From Minisyncoccota bacterium (lineage in GTDB: Bacteria > Patescibacteriota > Minisyncoccia > JBAYJV01): a stretch of 64,000 bases of DNA. The DNA lies in the NCBI GenBank assembly GCA_041664925.1, contig JBAYJV010000001.1, positions 293,262 to 357,261 of the forward strand. The letters are read 5' to 3'. The notes below the pieces were generated by a model. That model searched no databases. It was not told the origin of the DNA and worked only from the letters and a program-made list of their open reading frames with translations. The position numbers were made by a program, and so were the translations under genes. Shown one piece after another: positions 17,604 to 26,463 of the stretch (position 1 is the stretch's first letter; each line of letters opens with the position of its first letter).

Positions 17604-18779
17604 TTAAACTACCTTTACAAAAAACCTCTTCCCTTTACGAATTATGGCAGGGCAATCAGCTTTCTTTATTCTCATCATTGGATCATCAATAATCTGATCA
17701 TTAACCTTAATGCCTCCTTGTTCCACTAATCTGCGCGCTTCTGTGCGAGAAGGGGCAAGTTTAGTTTTTACGAGTAAATCAATAATAAAATCGTCTTTTT
17801 CAAGCTTATAGGTTCCGATTTCATCGGGAATTTCCTTTTTTTGAAAAACTGATTTAAAATATTCTTCGGCTTTACTAGCTTCGCTTTCCGAATAAAGCAT
17901 TTTGACTATTTCCCTGGCTAACTGCATTTTAACATCTCTGGGATTTCTTACCTGAGAAACCATTTCCGTTTTCATCGTCAGCAAGTCATCATACTTAATA
18001 TCAGTTAAAAGTCCAAAATAGGTGAGAATATTTTTGTCTGGCATCGACATAATCTTACCGTAGATTTCCTCTGGCGCCTCATCTATTGCAATAATATTTC
18101 CTAAAGATTGACTCATTTTTTCTTCACCATCAATTCCAGGAAGAATTGGCATCAATACAAGAGCTTGGGGAACCTGACCAGCTTCCTTTTGAAGTTCGCG
18201 AGCTAAAAGTTCGTTAAATTTTTGATCTGAGCCAATAACGGTTAAGTCTGAATCAAGCTCAACCGAATCTTGGGCCTGAAGAATTGGATATAAGAATTCA
18301 TGGGTCCAGACCGGCTTGCCTTGTTTCGTGCGTTTTTCAAACATGTCGCGTTCCCAAAGACGAGTAGCGCTCACTTTTTTAGCAATCTTAAGAAAATCAT
18401 CTAGATTGGTTTTGTCCCACCATTCGCTGTTATAACGAATTTCTAGCCTATCTTTATTTAAAATCTTTGTAACCAGACCCACCATTGCTTCAGCATTTTT
18501 ACGAAGCACTTCTTTCGACTGTCCTTGGCGGGCTTCAAGTTTGTCAGTTGGATCACCAATGCGGCCAGTAAAATCACCCAAAAGAAAGATCACTGTGTGT
18601 CCTGCGTCCTGAAAACGCCTCATAACACGATAATTAACGACATAACCTAAGTGAATCTTTGTGGTTGTTGGATCAGCTCCATGTTTTACGCGAAGTTTTT
18701 TGCCAGACTTTATCTTTTTTTCAAGTTCTGCCTGACCAATCACCTCAGTAGAGCCCCTAATTATATCATCAAGGTTCAT
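17604..18779 (-). CDS. tyrS: tyrosyl-tRNA synthetase
   Basis: class I HIGH-like KIHLGY, GDFTGRIGDP, KMSQS (KMSKS) loop, C-terminal S4 RNA-binding domain. Confidence 0.85.
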   Translation of the reverse strand: MNLDDIIRGSTEVIGQAELEKKIKSGKKLRVKHGADPTTTKIHLGYVVNYRVMRRFQDAGHTVIFLLGDFTGRIGDPTDKLEARQGQSKEVLRKNAEAMVGLVTKILNKDRLEIRYNSEWWDKTNLDDFLKIAKKVSATRLWERDMFEKRTKQGKPVWTHEFLYPILQAQDSVELDSDLTVIGSDQKFNELLARELQKEAGQVPQALVLMPILPGIDGEEKMSQSLGNIIAIDEAPEEIYGKIMSMPDKNILTYFGLLTDIKYDDLLTMKTEMVSQVRNPRDVKMQLAREIVKMLYSESEASKAEEYFKSVFQKKEIPDEIGTYKLEKDDFIIDLLVKTKLAPSRTEARRLVEQGGIKVNDQIIDDPMMRIKKADCPAIIRKGKRFFVKVV

Positions 18780-18850
18780 ATTTTTATAACTAAAATGATT
18801 ACATTTTTAGTTTAAGACAAAAAAATCACTAAGTAAAGGATAAAGAATTG

Positions 18851-18989
18851 TTATCCCCATCCCAAAACTTATCCCCAGTCATCCACACCTTTAAAAAGAT
18901 GTTGTTTTCATCGTGTTTGTTCGGTTAATTTATTGTCTATTATTCATATTTTATGGGGATTTTCTTAAAAACACCCTAAGTTATCCACA
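18851..18989 (+). promoter_or_regulatory. cluster of four same-orientation DnaA boxes (TTATCCCCA x2, TCATCCACA, perfect TTATCCACA) in tyrS-lexA divergent intergenic region
   Basis: boxes at 18851-18859, 18869-18877, 18879-18887, 18981-18989. Confidence 0.5.
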
Positions 18990-19104
18990 ATTGCTTTTCG
19001 GTTTTTGTTCGGTTAAAATTATTTGTGTTCGGCCTTCGTTGTCTTTTTTGACATAACTTCGGCCGACAAGTCGGCCTTTTAGCTGTTTTGATGTCTACTT
19101 TACT

Positions 19105-19722
19105 ATGCCAACAAAAAAATTTATTATTACAAGACGCCAAAAAGAGATTCTAGACTTTATCTTGGATTTCATGGATGAAAACGGTTACAGCCCAAGCCTA
19201 CGCGTTATTGGAAAGGCCATGGGGCTTTCGTCGCCTTCTTCTGTCCATGAACAAATAAAGAAGCTTCAGGAAGCTGGCTTTCTTGAAAGAGAAGATGATT
19301 CCAGATCATTTCTCCCATCAGGAAAAGCCTTAAATTTAACCGAGAAGTTTTCTGTGCCAGTTCTGGGAACTATTGCTGCCGGCTCACCAATTCAGGTCTT
19401 TGAATACCAAGAAAACTTGATGATTCCTAAAACATTAATTTCAAACGGCCACACTGATCTTTTCGCTCTTGAAGTTAAGGGAAATTCGATGATTGAAGAA
19501 GGTATTATGGATGGCGACTATGTTATTTGCGAACCGTCACAAAATGTTAAAAATGGCGATGTCGTAGTCGCTCTAGTTAATGGCACGGAAGTAACTTTAA
19601 AGAAATTCTATAAAGAGAAACGCTGGATTCGCCTTATGCCGGCAAATTCAAAAATGCGTCCTATTTTATCGCGAAATGTCTTGGTTCAAGGGGTTGTGAA
19701 AGCCGTGTTTAGAAAATACTAA
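19105..19722 (+). CDS. lexA: LexA repressor (S24 self-cleaving peptidase)
   Basis: N-terminal winged HTH (TRRQKEILDFI), Ala-Gly cleavage region, Ser (GNSM) / Lys (LKKF) dyad. Confidence 0.85.
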   Translation: MPTKKFIITRRQKEILDFILDFMDENGYSPSLRVIGKAMGLSSPSSVHEQIKKLQEAGFLEREDDSRSFLPSGKALNLTEKFSVPVLGTIAAGSPIQVFEYQENLMIPKTLISNGHTDLFALEVKGNSMIEEGIMDGDYVICEPSQNVKNGDVVVALVNGTEVTLKKFYKEKRWIRLMPANSKMRPILSRNVLVQGVVKAVFRKY

Positions 19723-19840
19723 ATTTTAATTTTCAACTATCAATCTTCAATTATCGACCAATTGTAGGATTGATTTTTTTAATTCAATTTTATCTAGATT
19801 TGTGCTAATCTATAAATAAGATTTTGTAAAATTACGAAAA

Positions 19841-21142
19841 ATGGCGAAAAAAAAGCAACCCAATTTATTCACTGAACCGCCTCAAGTTCTGTCGGTTTTT
19901 GATTATATTTCCCTTGTTAATTCTAATTTAGAAGTCCTTTCTGATATTGCTATAGAAGGCGAGGTTAGTGAGTTTAAGGTTTCTCAAGAAAAATGGGTAA
20001 CTTTCCGCCTCAAAGACGAAAAAGAAGAAGCTAGCATTGAATGTTTCACGGTTATTTTCAAATTAAATCAGCCTGTTGAGGATGGCATGAAAATAAGGGT
20101 TATTGGTCGTCCTCGTATCTATCCCCGCTATGGAAAATTTAGTATTAGTGTTGAAAATATTGAATTAACTGGCGAAGGATCGCTTAAGCGTGCCTTTGAA
20201 TTAACAAAACAAAAACTTCAAGTTGAAGGACTTTTCGACGAAGAAAGAAAGCGTCCCATCCCAGAATTTCCCAAGACAATCGGTCTGATCACTTCTCCAG
20301 ACGCTGCTGCTTACACAGATTTTCTTAAGGTTTTAAAACATCGTTTCGGTGGAATTAAGATTTATTTCTTCTCTGCTCGTGTTCAAGGAAAAGGCGCTGT
20401 CGAAGATATTGTCGAAGGCTTTGACTGGTTTAATCAAAATTATAAAAAGCTTGATATTCAGCTCGTTGTTTTAACTCGCGGCGGCGGAGCCTTGGAAGAT
20501 CTTCAGGCATTTAATTCTGAAGGTGTTGCTCGGGCTGTCTTTTCAAGTAAGATTCCCGTTGTCTGCGGCGTTGGTCATGAAAGAGATGAATCTCTTGTTG
20601 ATTTCGTTGCTGATCTTCGAGCGTCAACTCCTTCTAATGCCGCCGAATTAATCACCAGAGGAAGAGACGAGGTTGGCGCAGAAATAGAGGGAATTATTCA
20701 AAATATTGAATACTTATTAAAACATTCACTGGAAGAAAAACAGAGTTTTTTGAATCACTTTTTATCAAATTGTTCCCACTTTATCAGCGAAAAAACCTAC
20801 GAGACCAAGCAAATTCTTGTTACCTTTTTTCATCGGATTGAAACTATCGGCAGTGTTATTTTCCAAAAGAAACAAGAAATCGGTTTTATTTTAACAAATG
20901 TTGAAAAAAGCATTAAAAATCACCTAGGTACTTTTAATCGCACTGTTAGCCAACAAGAATCATTGTTAAAAAGTTATAATCCTTTAGGGGTTTTGAAGCG
21001 TGGCTATGGTATTGTTCGAAATAAAAATGGTAAAATTATAAAAAGTACCAAAGACATATTAATTGGAGACGACGTTGAAACGGTTATTCGCGACGGCAAC
21101 TTTATTTCTAAAGTTCAAACAATTAAACCAACTAATTCGTAA
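19841..21142 (+). CDS. xseA: exodeoxyribonuclease VII large subunit
   Basis: N-terminal OB-fold, central catalytic domain, 433 aa, followed by xseB. Confidence 0.85.
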   Translation: MAKKKQPNLFTEPPQVLSVFDYISLVNSNLEVLSDIAIEGEVSEFKVSQEKWVTFRLKDEKEEASIECFTVIFKLNQPVEDGMKIRVIGRPRIYPRYGKFSISVENIELTGEGSLKRAFELTKQKLQVEGLFDEERKRPIPEFPKTIGLITSPDAAAYTDFLKVLKHRFGGIKIYFFSARVQGKGAVEDIVEGFDWFNQNYKKLDIQLVVLTRGGGALEDLQAFNSEGVARAVFSSKIPVVCGVGHERDESLVDFVADLRASTPSNAAELITRGRDEVGAEIEGIIQNIEYLLKHSLEEKQSFLNHFLSNCSHFISEKTYETKQILVTFFHRIETIGSVIFQKKQEIGFILTNVEKSIKNHLGTFNRTVSQQESLLKSYNPLGVLKRGYGIVRNKNGKIIKSTKDILIGDDVETVIRDGNFISKVQTIKPTNS

Positions 21143-21150
21143 TCAAAAAT

Positions 21151-21375
21151 ATGCCCGAAAAAGAATTTAATTTCAAAGAAGCATTAGAAGAGCTCAAGAA
21201 AATCAATGAAGAATTTGATTCAGAAGAAATTGATTTAGATATCGCCCTGGAAAAATTCAAGCGTGGCCTTGAACTTGCTAAAAAATGCAAGGAAAAGCTA
21301 TTAGAAGTCGAAAATGAAGTAATTAAAATCAAGGAAAAATTTTCTGCTTCTACCAAAACCCAAGAAGACAATTAA
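21151..21375 (+). CDS. xseB: exodeoxyribonuclease VII small subunit
   Basis: 74 aa, FEEALEELEKI-type helical signature (NFKEALEELKKINEE). Confidence 0.8.
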   Translation: MPEKEFNFKEALEELKKINEEFDSEEIDLDIALEKFKRGLELAKKCKEKLLEVENEVIKIKEKFSASTKTQEDN

Positions 21376-21570
21376 ATCACAAAATTAATCCGTAGTTTTA
21401 TTTAAGTCCATGGGTCAAATACCAGAAAAAAGACAACATTACGAAGCAAAGGCTAAAAGATCTTTTGATTTTATCGCTAAAAAACTTAAGGGGATTAGCA
21501 GGGGACGATTTAGTATCCCTGGTCGCCATCCATCAAGACAAGAGGGGCACGGGAGGACAAAATAAATTAA

Positions 21571-22419
21571 ATGAATTTAAAAGAATTTAAAATAAGTCTT
21601 TTTTTAAAACAGGCTTTCTTTTTTATTTTTACTCAATTTCTAGGATTTCTAGCGCTTCTTCGCATTCAAAACCAGCCAATCATTAAAGAAATTGTTGAAA
21701 ATGAAACTCGAGGAGTTAGTGTTTGGGGATTTTTAGTTCAGTTTATTGTTGTGACCGCGGTATTTCTGGTTTTATTGCCTTTATTTAAGAAGAAGCCAGT
21801 TTTTCTTAAAATTCTTTTTTATTTTAGTATTTTCATTGGTATTAGTTTTCTCTTTGAATTGTTCCTAGGAGAACCATTGGCCGCAATTATATCAATCGGA
21901 TTAATCGTTCTTCTAATTATTAAACCATTTGTTATTTTTCATAATCTTATCTTTTCTGCTGCTTTTTCTAGTGTCGGATTGATCCTAGGGATAACGTTTC
22001 AGCCATTTTCAGTGGCTTTGATTTTAGCAATCTTGTCGCTGTATGATTTTATTGCTGTCTATTTTACGCGCCATATGGTGAAAATAGCCCAGGTGCCAGC
22101 CTCAGAAGGAATATTTTTTGGTTTATTGATTCCTCAGAAAAATAAATTTTTCTCCCAAACAAAAAATCTTAACAAAATCGGCAGTGGTACGGATTTTTCC
22201 TTTTTGGGTGGTGGCGACATGGTTTTTCCATTAATTCTTTCTTTGAGTATAGCAAGAAGTAGTTTTCTTGATGGCATTATTGTGTCTTTATTTTCTCTTT
22301 TCGGTCTATTTGCGCTTCATTTGATGTTTCATTTAAGAACAGATACCAAACCAATGCCAGGACTTCCTCCTTTGGTTTTTATGACTCTTTTGGGATATCT
22401 CGTTGTAACGATTTTTTAA
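21571..22419 (+). CDS. polytopic membrane protein with YD ... GxGD motifs (presenilin/signal-peptide-peptidase-like intramembrane aspartyl protease candidate)
   Basis: LSLYDFIAVY and FLGGGDMVFPL about 55 aa apart in TM segments, PGLP near C-terminus (PAL-like). Confidence 0.45.
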   Translation: MNLKEFKISLFLKQAFFFIFTQFLGFLALLRIQNQPIIKEIVENETRGVSVWGFLVQFIVVTAVFLVLLPLFKKKPVFLKILFYFSIFIGISFLFELFLGEPLAAIISIGLIVLLIIKPFVIFHNLIFSAAFSSVGLILGITFQPFSVALILAILSLYDFIAVYFTRHMVKIAQVPASEGIFFGLLIPQKNKFFSQTKNLNKIGSGTDFSFLGGGDMVFPLILSLSIARSSFLDGIIVSLFSLFGLFALHLMFHLRTDTKPMPGLPPLVFMTLLGYLVVTIF

Positions 22420-22465
22420 AAATGTTAAAATTGAGTAGAATTTCCCTTAATTTCTAGTTTTAATT

Positions 22466-23053
22466 ATGGCTGAAACAAAACAGTATTTAAAATATAAAAT
22501 CTGCGTTTCTGGAGCAGCTAATACAATTAATTGTCCTGAAAATGCCCTAGAAATGGCGGAGAAACTTGGGCAAGAAATTATTTGGCACAACGGTATCGTA
22601 GTAACCGGCGCAACAACTGGTATGCCTTACTGGGCGGCTAAAGGAGCTAAAATGGCTGGTGGAATCAGTATTGGTCTTTCTCCTGCTGCCAGCGAAATTG
22701 CTCATGTCAAAAAATATCGTCTTCCTGTTGATTATTTCGATGTCATTATTTACACAGGATTTAATTACGCCGGCAGAAACCTACTTCTAACCAGAGCTGC
22801 AGACGCTGTGGTTGTAACTTGTGGTCGCATGGGAACACTAAACGAGTTCACGATCGCTTTTGAAGATGATAAACCCATCGGCATTCTCGATCTTGAAGGA
22901 AATGACGGAACAACAGATATGATTAGAGACATTATAAAGGCTGCGCGCCGTGGGCAAGGAAAAATTGTTTATGATAGCGACCCTAAAAAACTTATTGAAA
23001 AATTAATTCCTCTTATTGACAAAGAGCGGGGAATTGAAACACCTAAACTTTAA
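22466..23053 (+). CDS. LOG/TIGR00725-family Rossmann-fold protein
   Basis: KICVSGAANT...GIVVTGATTGMPYWAAKGA pattern of COG1611/TIGR00725. Confidence 0.55.
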   Translation: MAETKQYLKYKICVSGAANTINCPENALEMAEKLGQEIIWHNGIVVTGATTGMPYWAAKGAKMAGGISIGLSPAASEIAHVKKYRLPVDYFDVIIYTGFNYAGRNLLLTRAADAVVVTCGRMGTLNEFTIAFEDDKPIGILDLEGNDGTTDMIRDIIKAARRGQGKIVYDSDPKKLIEKLIPLIDKERGIETPKL

Positions 23054-23063
23054 TTAAAAAAAT

Positions 23064-23558
23064 ATGGAAAATCTCATTGTTCATTATTCTTGGTCAGTGT
23101 TTCTTCTTCAGCTTGTTTTAGCGGCATTACTGGGAGGTTTTTTAGGACTTGAAAGAAATTATGTCGGAAAAGATGCCGGCACAAGAACTTTTGCTTTAAT
23201 TTCTCTTGGTTCTTGTCTTTTTACGATCATTTCTGTTGGCGCTTTCCAAAAATTCATAACAACGACTGGCGGTTCTTTTGATCCAGGCCGTGTTGCTTCT
23301 CAAATTGTTGCCGGTATTGGTTTTATCGGTATGGCTGTAATTTTTCGTCACGGAACTAATCTTGAAGGTGTAACAACTGCTGCAAGTATCTGGGTTGCCG
23401 CTGCTATCGGTATGGCTGTCGGCGTAGAGCTTTATGTCCTAGCTGCTATTGCAACAGTAATTGCCTTTTGTATCCAAGGTGTTTTAAGAATGGCGAATCT
23501 CGAAATGAGACTTGAAGAATGGCATAAACAAAGACAGAAAAATGTTAAAAAATCTTAG
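23064..23558 (+). CDS. mgtC: MgtC/SapB-family membrane protein
   Basis: LLGGFLGLERNYVGKDAGTRTFALISLG signature. Confidence 0.75.
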   Translation: MENLIVHYSWSVFLLQLVLAALLGGFLGLERNYVGKDAGTRTFALISLGSCLFTIISVGAFQKFITTTGGSFDPGRVASQIVAGIGFIGMAVIFRHGTNLEGVTTAASIWVAAAIGMAVGVELYVLAAIATVIAFCIQGVLRMANLEMRLEEWHKQRQKNVKKS

Positions 23559-24696
23559 AGTTTCTCTTAAAGCCATCTCTGTTATTGTCGGCACAATTAT
23601 TGGTGTCGGTATTTTTGGTTTACCTCAAGCAGTTGCCCGAATCGGATTTTTCCCTGGAATTGTCATGCTTGCTTTATTATCCTTGGCTACTCTTTACCTT
23701 CATTATCTTTACGGAGAAATTGTTCTGCGCACTAAATCAAAAAAAAGATTGGTCGGATATGCTGAAAAATATCTTGGCTCTAGGGGAAAAACAATTGCTG
23801 CTGCGTCGGCTCTTTTTGGTCTTGTCGGCTCTCAGTTAGCATATCTTATTGTTGGCGGTGACTTTCTTAAAATAATTTCGCGTAATATTTTGGGAAGTAA
23901 TCCGCTTTTTTATATTGCCATCTTTCTTATTGTTGGATCTCTTGTTGTTTTAAAAGGCACTTCAGCTATTGCAAGTGTGGATTTTTTGATGAGTGTCTTT
24001 TTAATAACAGTTATTGTTGTTATCTTCTGTATTGCTTTTCCTCAGATTGATACTGATCATTTCTCAGGAATAAATATGAAAAATACTTTCCCGGCTTATG
24101 GGGTAATGTTGTTTTCCCTGTCAGGCGCGATCGCTATCCCTGAGACAATTGAATATCTAAGAAAAAAGAAAAACAAAAATTACAAAACAGTTATTACTGT
24201 CGGCACGATTCTTCCCCATCTTTTATATGTTCTTTTTATTGTGGCAACGGTCGGTTTAGTTGGACGCACAATTGGCGAATCGGCAATTGCTGATCTAGAA
24301 ACCTACCTTGGAAGCAATATCGTTATTATTGGAGCCTTGTTTGGCATAATCGCTATTTTCACATCATTTATTGTTACGGGAGCAACGTTAATGAAAATTC
24401 TCTGGTATGACTACAAGATTCCTAAATTGCTCTCTTGGTTGATCATAAGCATCCTGCCCTTAGTTTTGTTTATTGGGGGCATACAAAGTTTTATTCTTAT
24501 TATTGGTGTTGTTGGAGCAGTTATGGGTGGAATTGATGGTATTCTTGTTATTCTAATTTTTCAAAAACTTAAAAAATCGTCAAACAGTAAGCCTGTGATA
24601 GTTTCTGAATTTTCTCAGCTTCTTAAGTGGTTATTGTTAACAATCTTTATTGTCGGTATCTTGTACGAGATTTATTATTTTGCCTCAACAAGATGA
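23512..24696 (+). CDS. amino-acid permease of the aromatic amino acid (Trp/Tyr, HAAAP) transporter family (start possibly 23542)
   Basis: 11 or more TM helices, N-terminal GTIIGVGIFGLPQAVARIGF motif. Confidence 0.5.
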   Translation: MKNGINKDRKMLKNLRVSLKAISVIVGTIIGVGIFGLPQAVARIGFFPGIVMLALLSLATLYLHYLYGEIVLRTKSKKRLVGYAEKYLGSRGKTIAAASALFGLVGSQLAYLIVGGDFLKIISRNILGSNPLFYIAIFLIVGSLVVLKGTSAIASVDFLMSVFLITVIVVIFCIAFPQIDTDHFSGINMKNTFPAYGVMLFSLSGAIAIPETIEYLRKKKNKNYKTVITVGTILPHLLYVLFIVATVGLVGRTIGESAIADLETYLGSNIVIIGALFGIIAIFTSFIVTGATLMKILWYDYKIPKLLSWLIISILPLVLFIGGIQSFILIIGVVGAVMGGIDGILVILIFQKLKKSSNSKPVIVSEFSQLLKWLLLTIFIVGILYEIYYFASTR

Positions 24697-25985
24697 GTTT
24701 ATTTGAAAAAGTAATTTTCTACGCTACGATTTTTCTTGTCCCGTTTAATATCAAAAAATTCGTAGCTAATCCTTTATCTATTGAGCCCTTAACTGAATTT
24801 GGCGCTCTTTTTTTATACCTATCAGACATATTAATCTTGATTCTTTTGGTGTTATGGCTCCATAAGAGTATTTCTCAAAAGAGACTGAAAATAAAAAAAC
24901 TGACTGCCATGATTGTTCCATTTCTATTTTTTGGTCTTTTTTTGACTTTATCTTTATTTTCTAGTAAAAATTTAACTATTAGTTTTTATTTCTTGGTTAA
25001 AATTTTACTTCTAATTAGTTTTTTTTATTATATTAGGTTAAAAATTAAAAAAGAAGAACTAGTAAATATTTATAAAATAATCTTTATCGGTGGTATTGTT
25101 CAGTCGTTAATTGCGCTAGGACAATACATTAAACAGGGTAGTTTGGGCTTAAGGTATTTGGGGGAAAGTGTTATTGCGCCAAATCTTTATGGCGTTGCCA
25201 AAGTTGATTTTCTTGGTCAGAAAATTGTCAGAAGTTACGGAACTTTTTCTCATCCTAATATTCTTGCTGTCTTTCTTTTGATTTCTATCTGTTGCATCCT
25301 GTGGCTCGTTTTAAAACACGGGAAACCCATTTGCCTTATCGGATTACCTATTATTGTTTTAGGTCTTACCTTGACCTTCTCACGCACTACAATTTTTTTG
25401 GGATTAATCTTTGTTCTGTTTTTTCTTTTTTATTCATGGTTAAAAGCTAAGCAATTAAAATTATCTCAAAAAATGGTTATTGAAACAGCTTCTGTTTTCT
25501 TTGTATTTACTGTAGCTTTTGTTATTATTTTTGCTCCCTTAATGATTCAGCGGTTTAATATTCAAAAAGAAGAACAAGCCGTTTCTTTGAGGGTTTTTTA
25601 CAATAATGCTGCTTTTAATATAATAAAAAAATCGCCATTAACGGGCGTAGGTTTAGGTAATTTCATTATTAAACTCAAAGAATCTTATCCTGGTCTTTCC
25701 TCCTGGCAATATCAGCCAGTTCACAATATTTATCTTTTGGTATTTTCTGAAATTGGTATTTTTGGGATTGTCGCCTTTTTATCTGTTTTATTTCTGATTT
25801 TTAAAAATTGTTTAAAGTCTAAAATTTATGGTTTAGATTTAGTAGTTTTTAGTGGCTTAGGAGTTGTTTTTTTGGCCATTGGTCTTGTTGATCACTTTTT
25901 CTTCACTATCAATCAAGGAATATTGTTGTTCTGGTTGATTTTGGGAATAATTAGTAATAAAATTATATCAGTTCCTGAAAAGTAA
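24693..25985 (+). CDS. O-antigen ligase / Wzy-type polymerase-like membrane protein (ATGA overlap with upstream stop; track ORF starts 24627)
   Basis: polytopic, Wzy_C-like loop with GTFSHPNILAVFL. Confidence 0.55.
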   Translation: MSLFEKVIFYATIFLVPFNIKKFVANPLSIEPLTEFGALFLYLSDILILILLVLWLHKSISQKRLKIKKLTAMIVPFLFFGLFLTLSLFSSKNLTISFYFLVKILLLISFFYYIRLKIKKEELVNIYKIIFIGGIVQSLIALGQYIKQGSLGLRYLGESVIAPNLYGVAKVDFLGQKIVRSYGTFSHPNILAVFLLISICCILWLVLKHGKPICLIGLPIIVLGLTLTFSRTTIFLGLIFVLFFLFYSWLKAKQLKLSQKMVIETASVFFVFTVAFVIIFAPLMIQRFNIQKEEQAVSLRVFYNNAAFNIIKKSPLTGVGLGNFIIKLKESYPGLSSWQYQPVHNIYLLVFSEIGIFGIVAFLSVLFLIFKNCLKSKIYGLDLVVFSGLGVVFLAIGLVDHFFFTINQGILLFWLILGIISNKIISVPEK

Positions 25986-26091
25986 GGAGGGTGCCATGGC
26001 GGTAGTAATGGGATGCGGTCCGATTCCTATAATTCGCAGGGTTCCGACGAACAAAAAGAAACACAAGTAGTTCCTAAAAAAAACAAAGACA

Positions 26092-26125
26092 GCGCCTAAA
26101 AGCGCTGCTTTTTTTATTCTATATT
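26092..26125. terminator. bidirectional terminator (CAGCGC-ctaaaa-GCGCTG + T7)
   Basis: hairpin flanked by A8 and T7. Confidence 0.55.
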
Positions 26126-26157
26126 CTAACTTCCAACTTCTAGCTTCTAGCTTCTAA
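26118..26157. repeat. heptanucleotide tandem array (CTTCTAG/CTTCTAA/CTTCCAA, about 5 units) in 3' UTR of dciA-like gene
   Basis: period-7 repeats directly visible. Confidence 0.6.
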
Positions 26158-26462
26158 CGCGCCACCTTTACTTTTATTTCCTTAATTAAAGAACCAATCA
26201 ATACTCGGTTGGTTTTGTCTTTTATTTCATCCTGATAAAATCTCAGTTCTTGCGCCAGATAACTATTGGCACATTTAACATACAGTACCGATCCTCTGAA
26301 TTCAAACTTCATATCCTGATCTAAGACGCATTTCTCAAAACCTAACAACTTCTCAATAACTTTTCTTGCTTCCTTAAAAACTTCAATTCTTTCAAGTCCT
26401 CTTTTAAACCTCGGATCTTTTTTTACTTTATTAATAGCATAATTTATACTGCTGAAAGCCAT
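26154..26462 (-). CDS. DUF721-family protein (DciA-like candidate replicative-helicase operator/loader), adjacent to dnaN
   Basis: 102 aa, position immediately downstream of dnaA-dnaN, C-terminal pattern LYVKCANSYLAQEL...RVLIGSLIKEIKVKV resembling DUF721. Confidence 0.45.
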   Translation of the reverse strand: MAFSSINYAINKVKKDPRFKRGLERIEVFKEARKVIEKLLGFEKCVLDQDMKFEFRGSVLYVKCANSYLAQELRFYQDEIKDKTNRVLIGSLIKEIKVKVAR

Positions 26463-26463
26463 A

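Noticed and set aside
18780-19104. T-box leader for tyrS (minus strand)
   Set aside because: Only an 8-nt partial match (TTAGGGTG) to the T-box consensus and no specifier-loop/terminator-antiterminator arrangement. The match overlaps the perfect DnaA box.
25985-26075. tRNA gene in GC-rich segment
   Set aside because: No T-loop (GGTTCGAATCC-like), no cloverleaf with 7-bp acceptor stem on either strand.
26118-26157. CRISPR array
   Set aside because: Repeats are 7-nt tandem units without spacers. No 25-40-bp repeat/spacer periodicity anywhere in the window and no cas genes.
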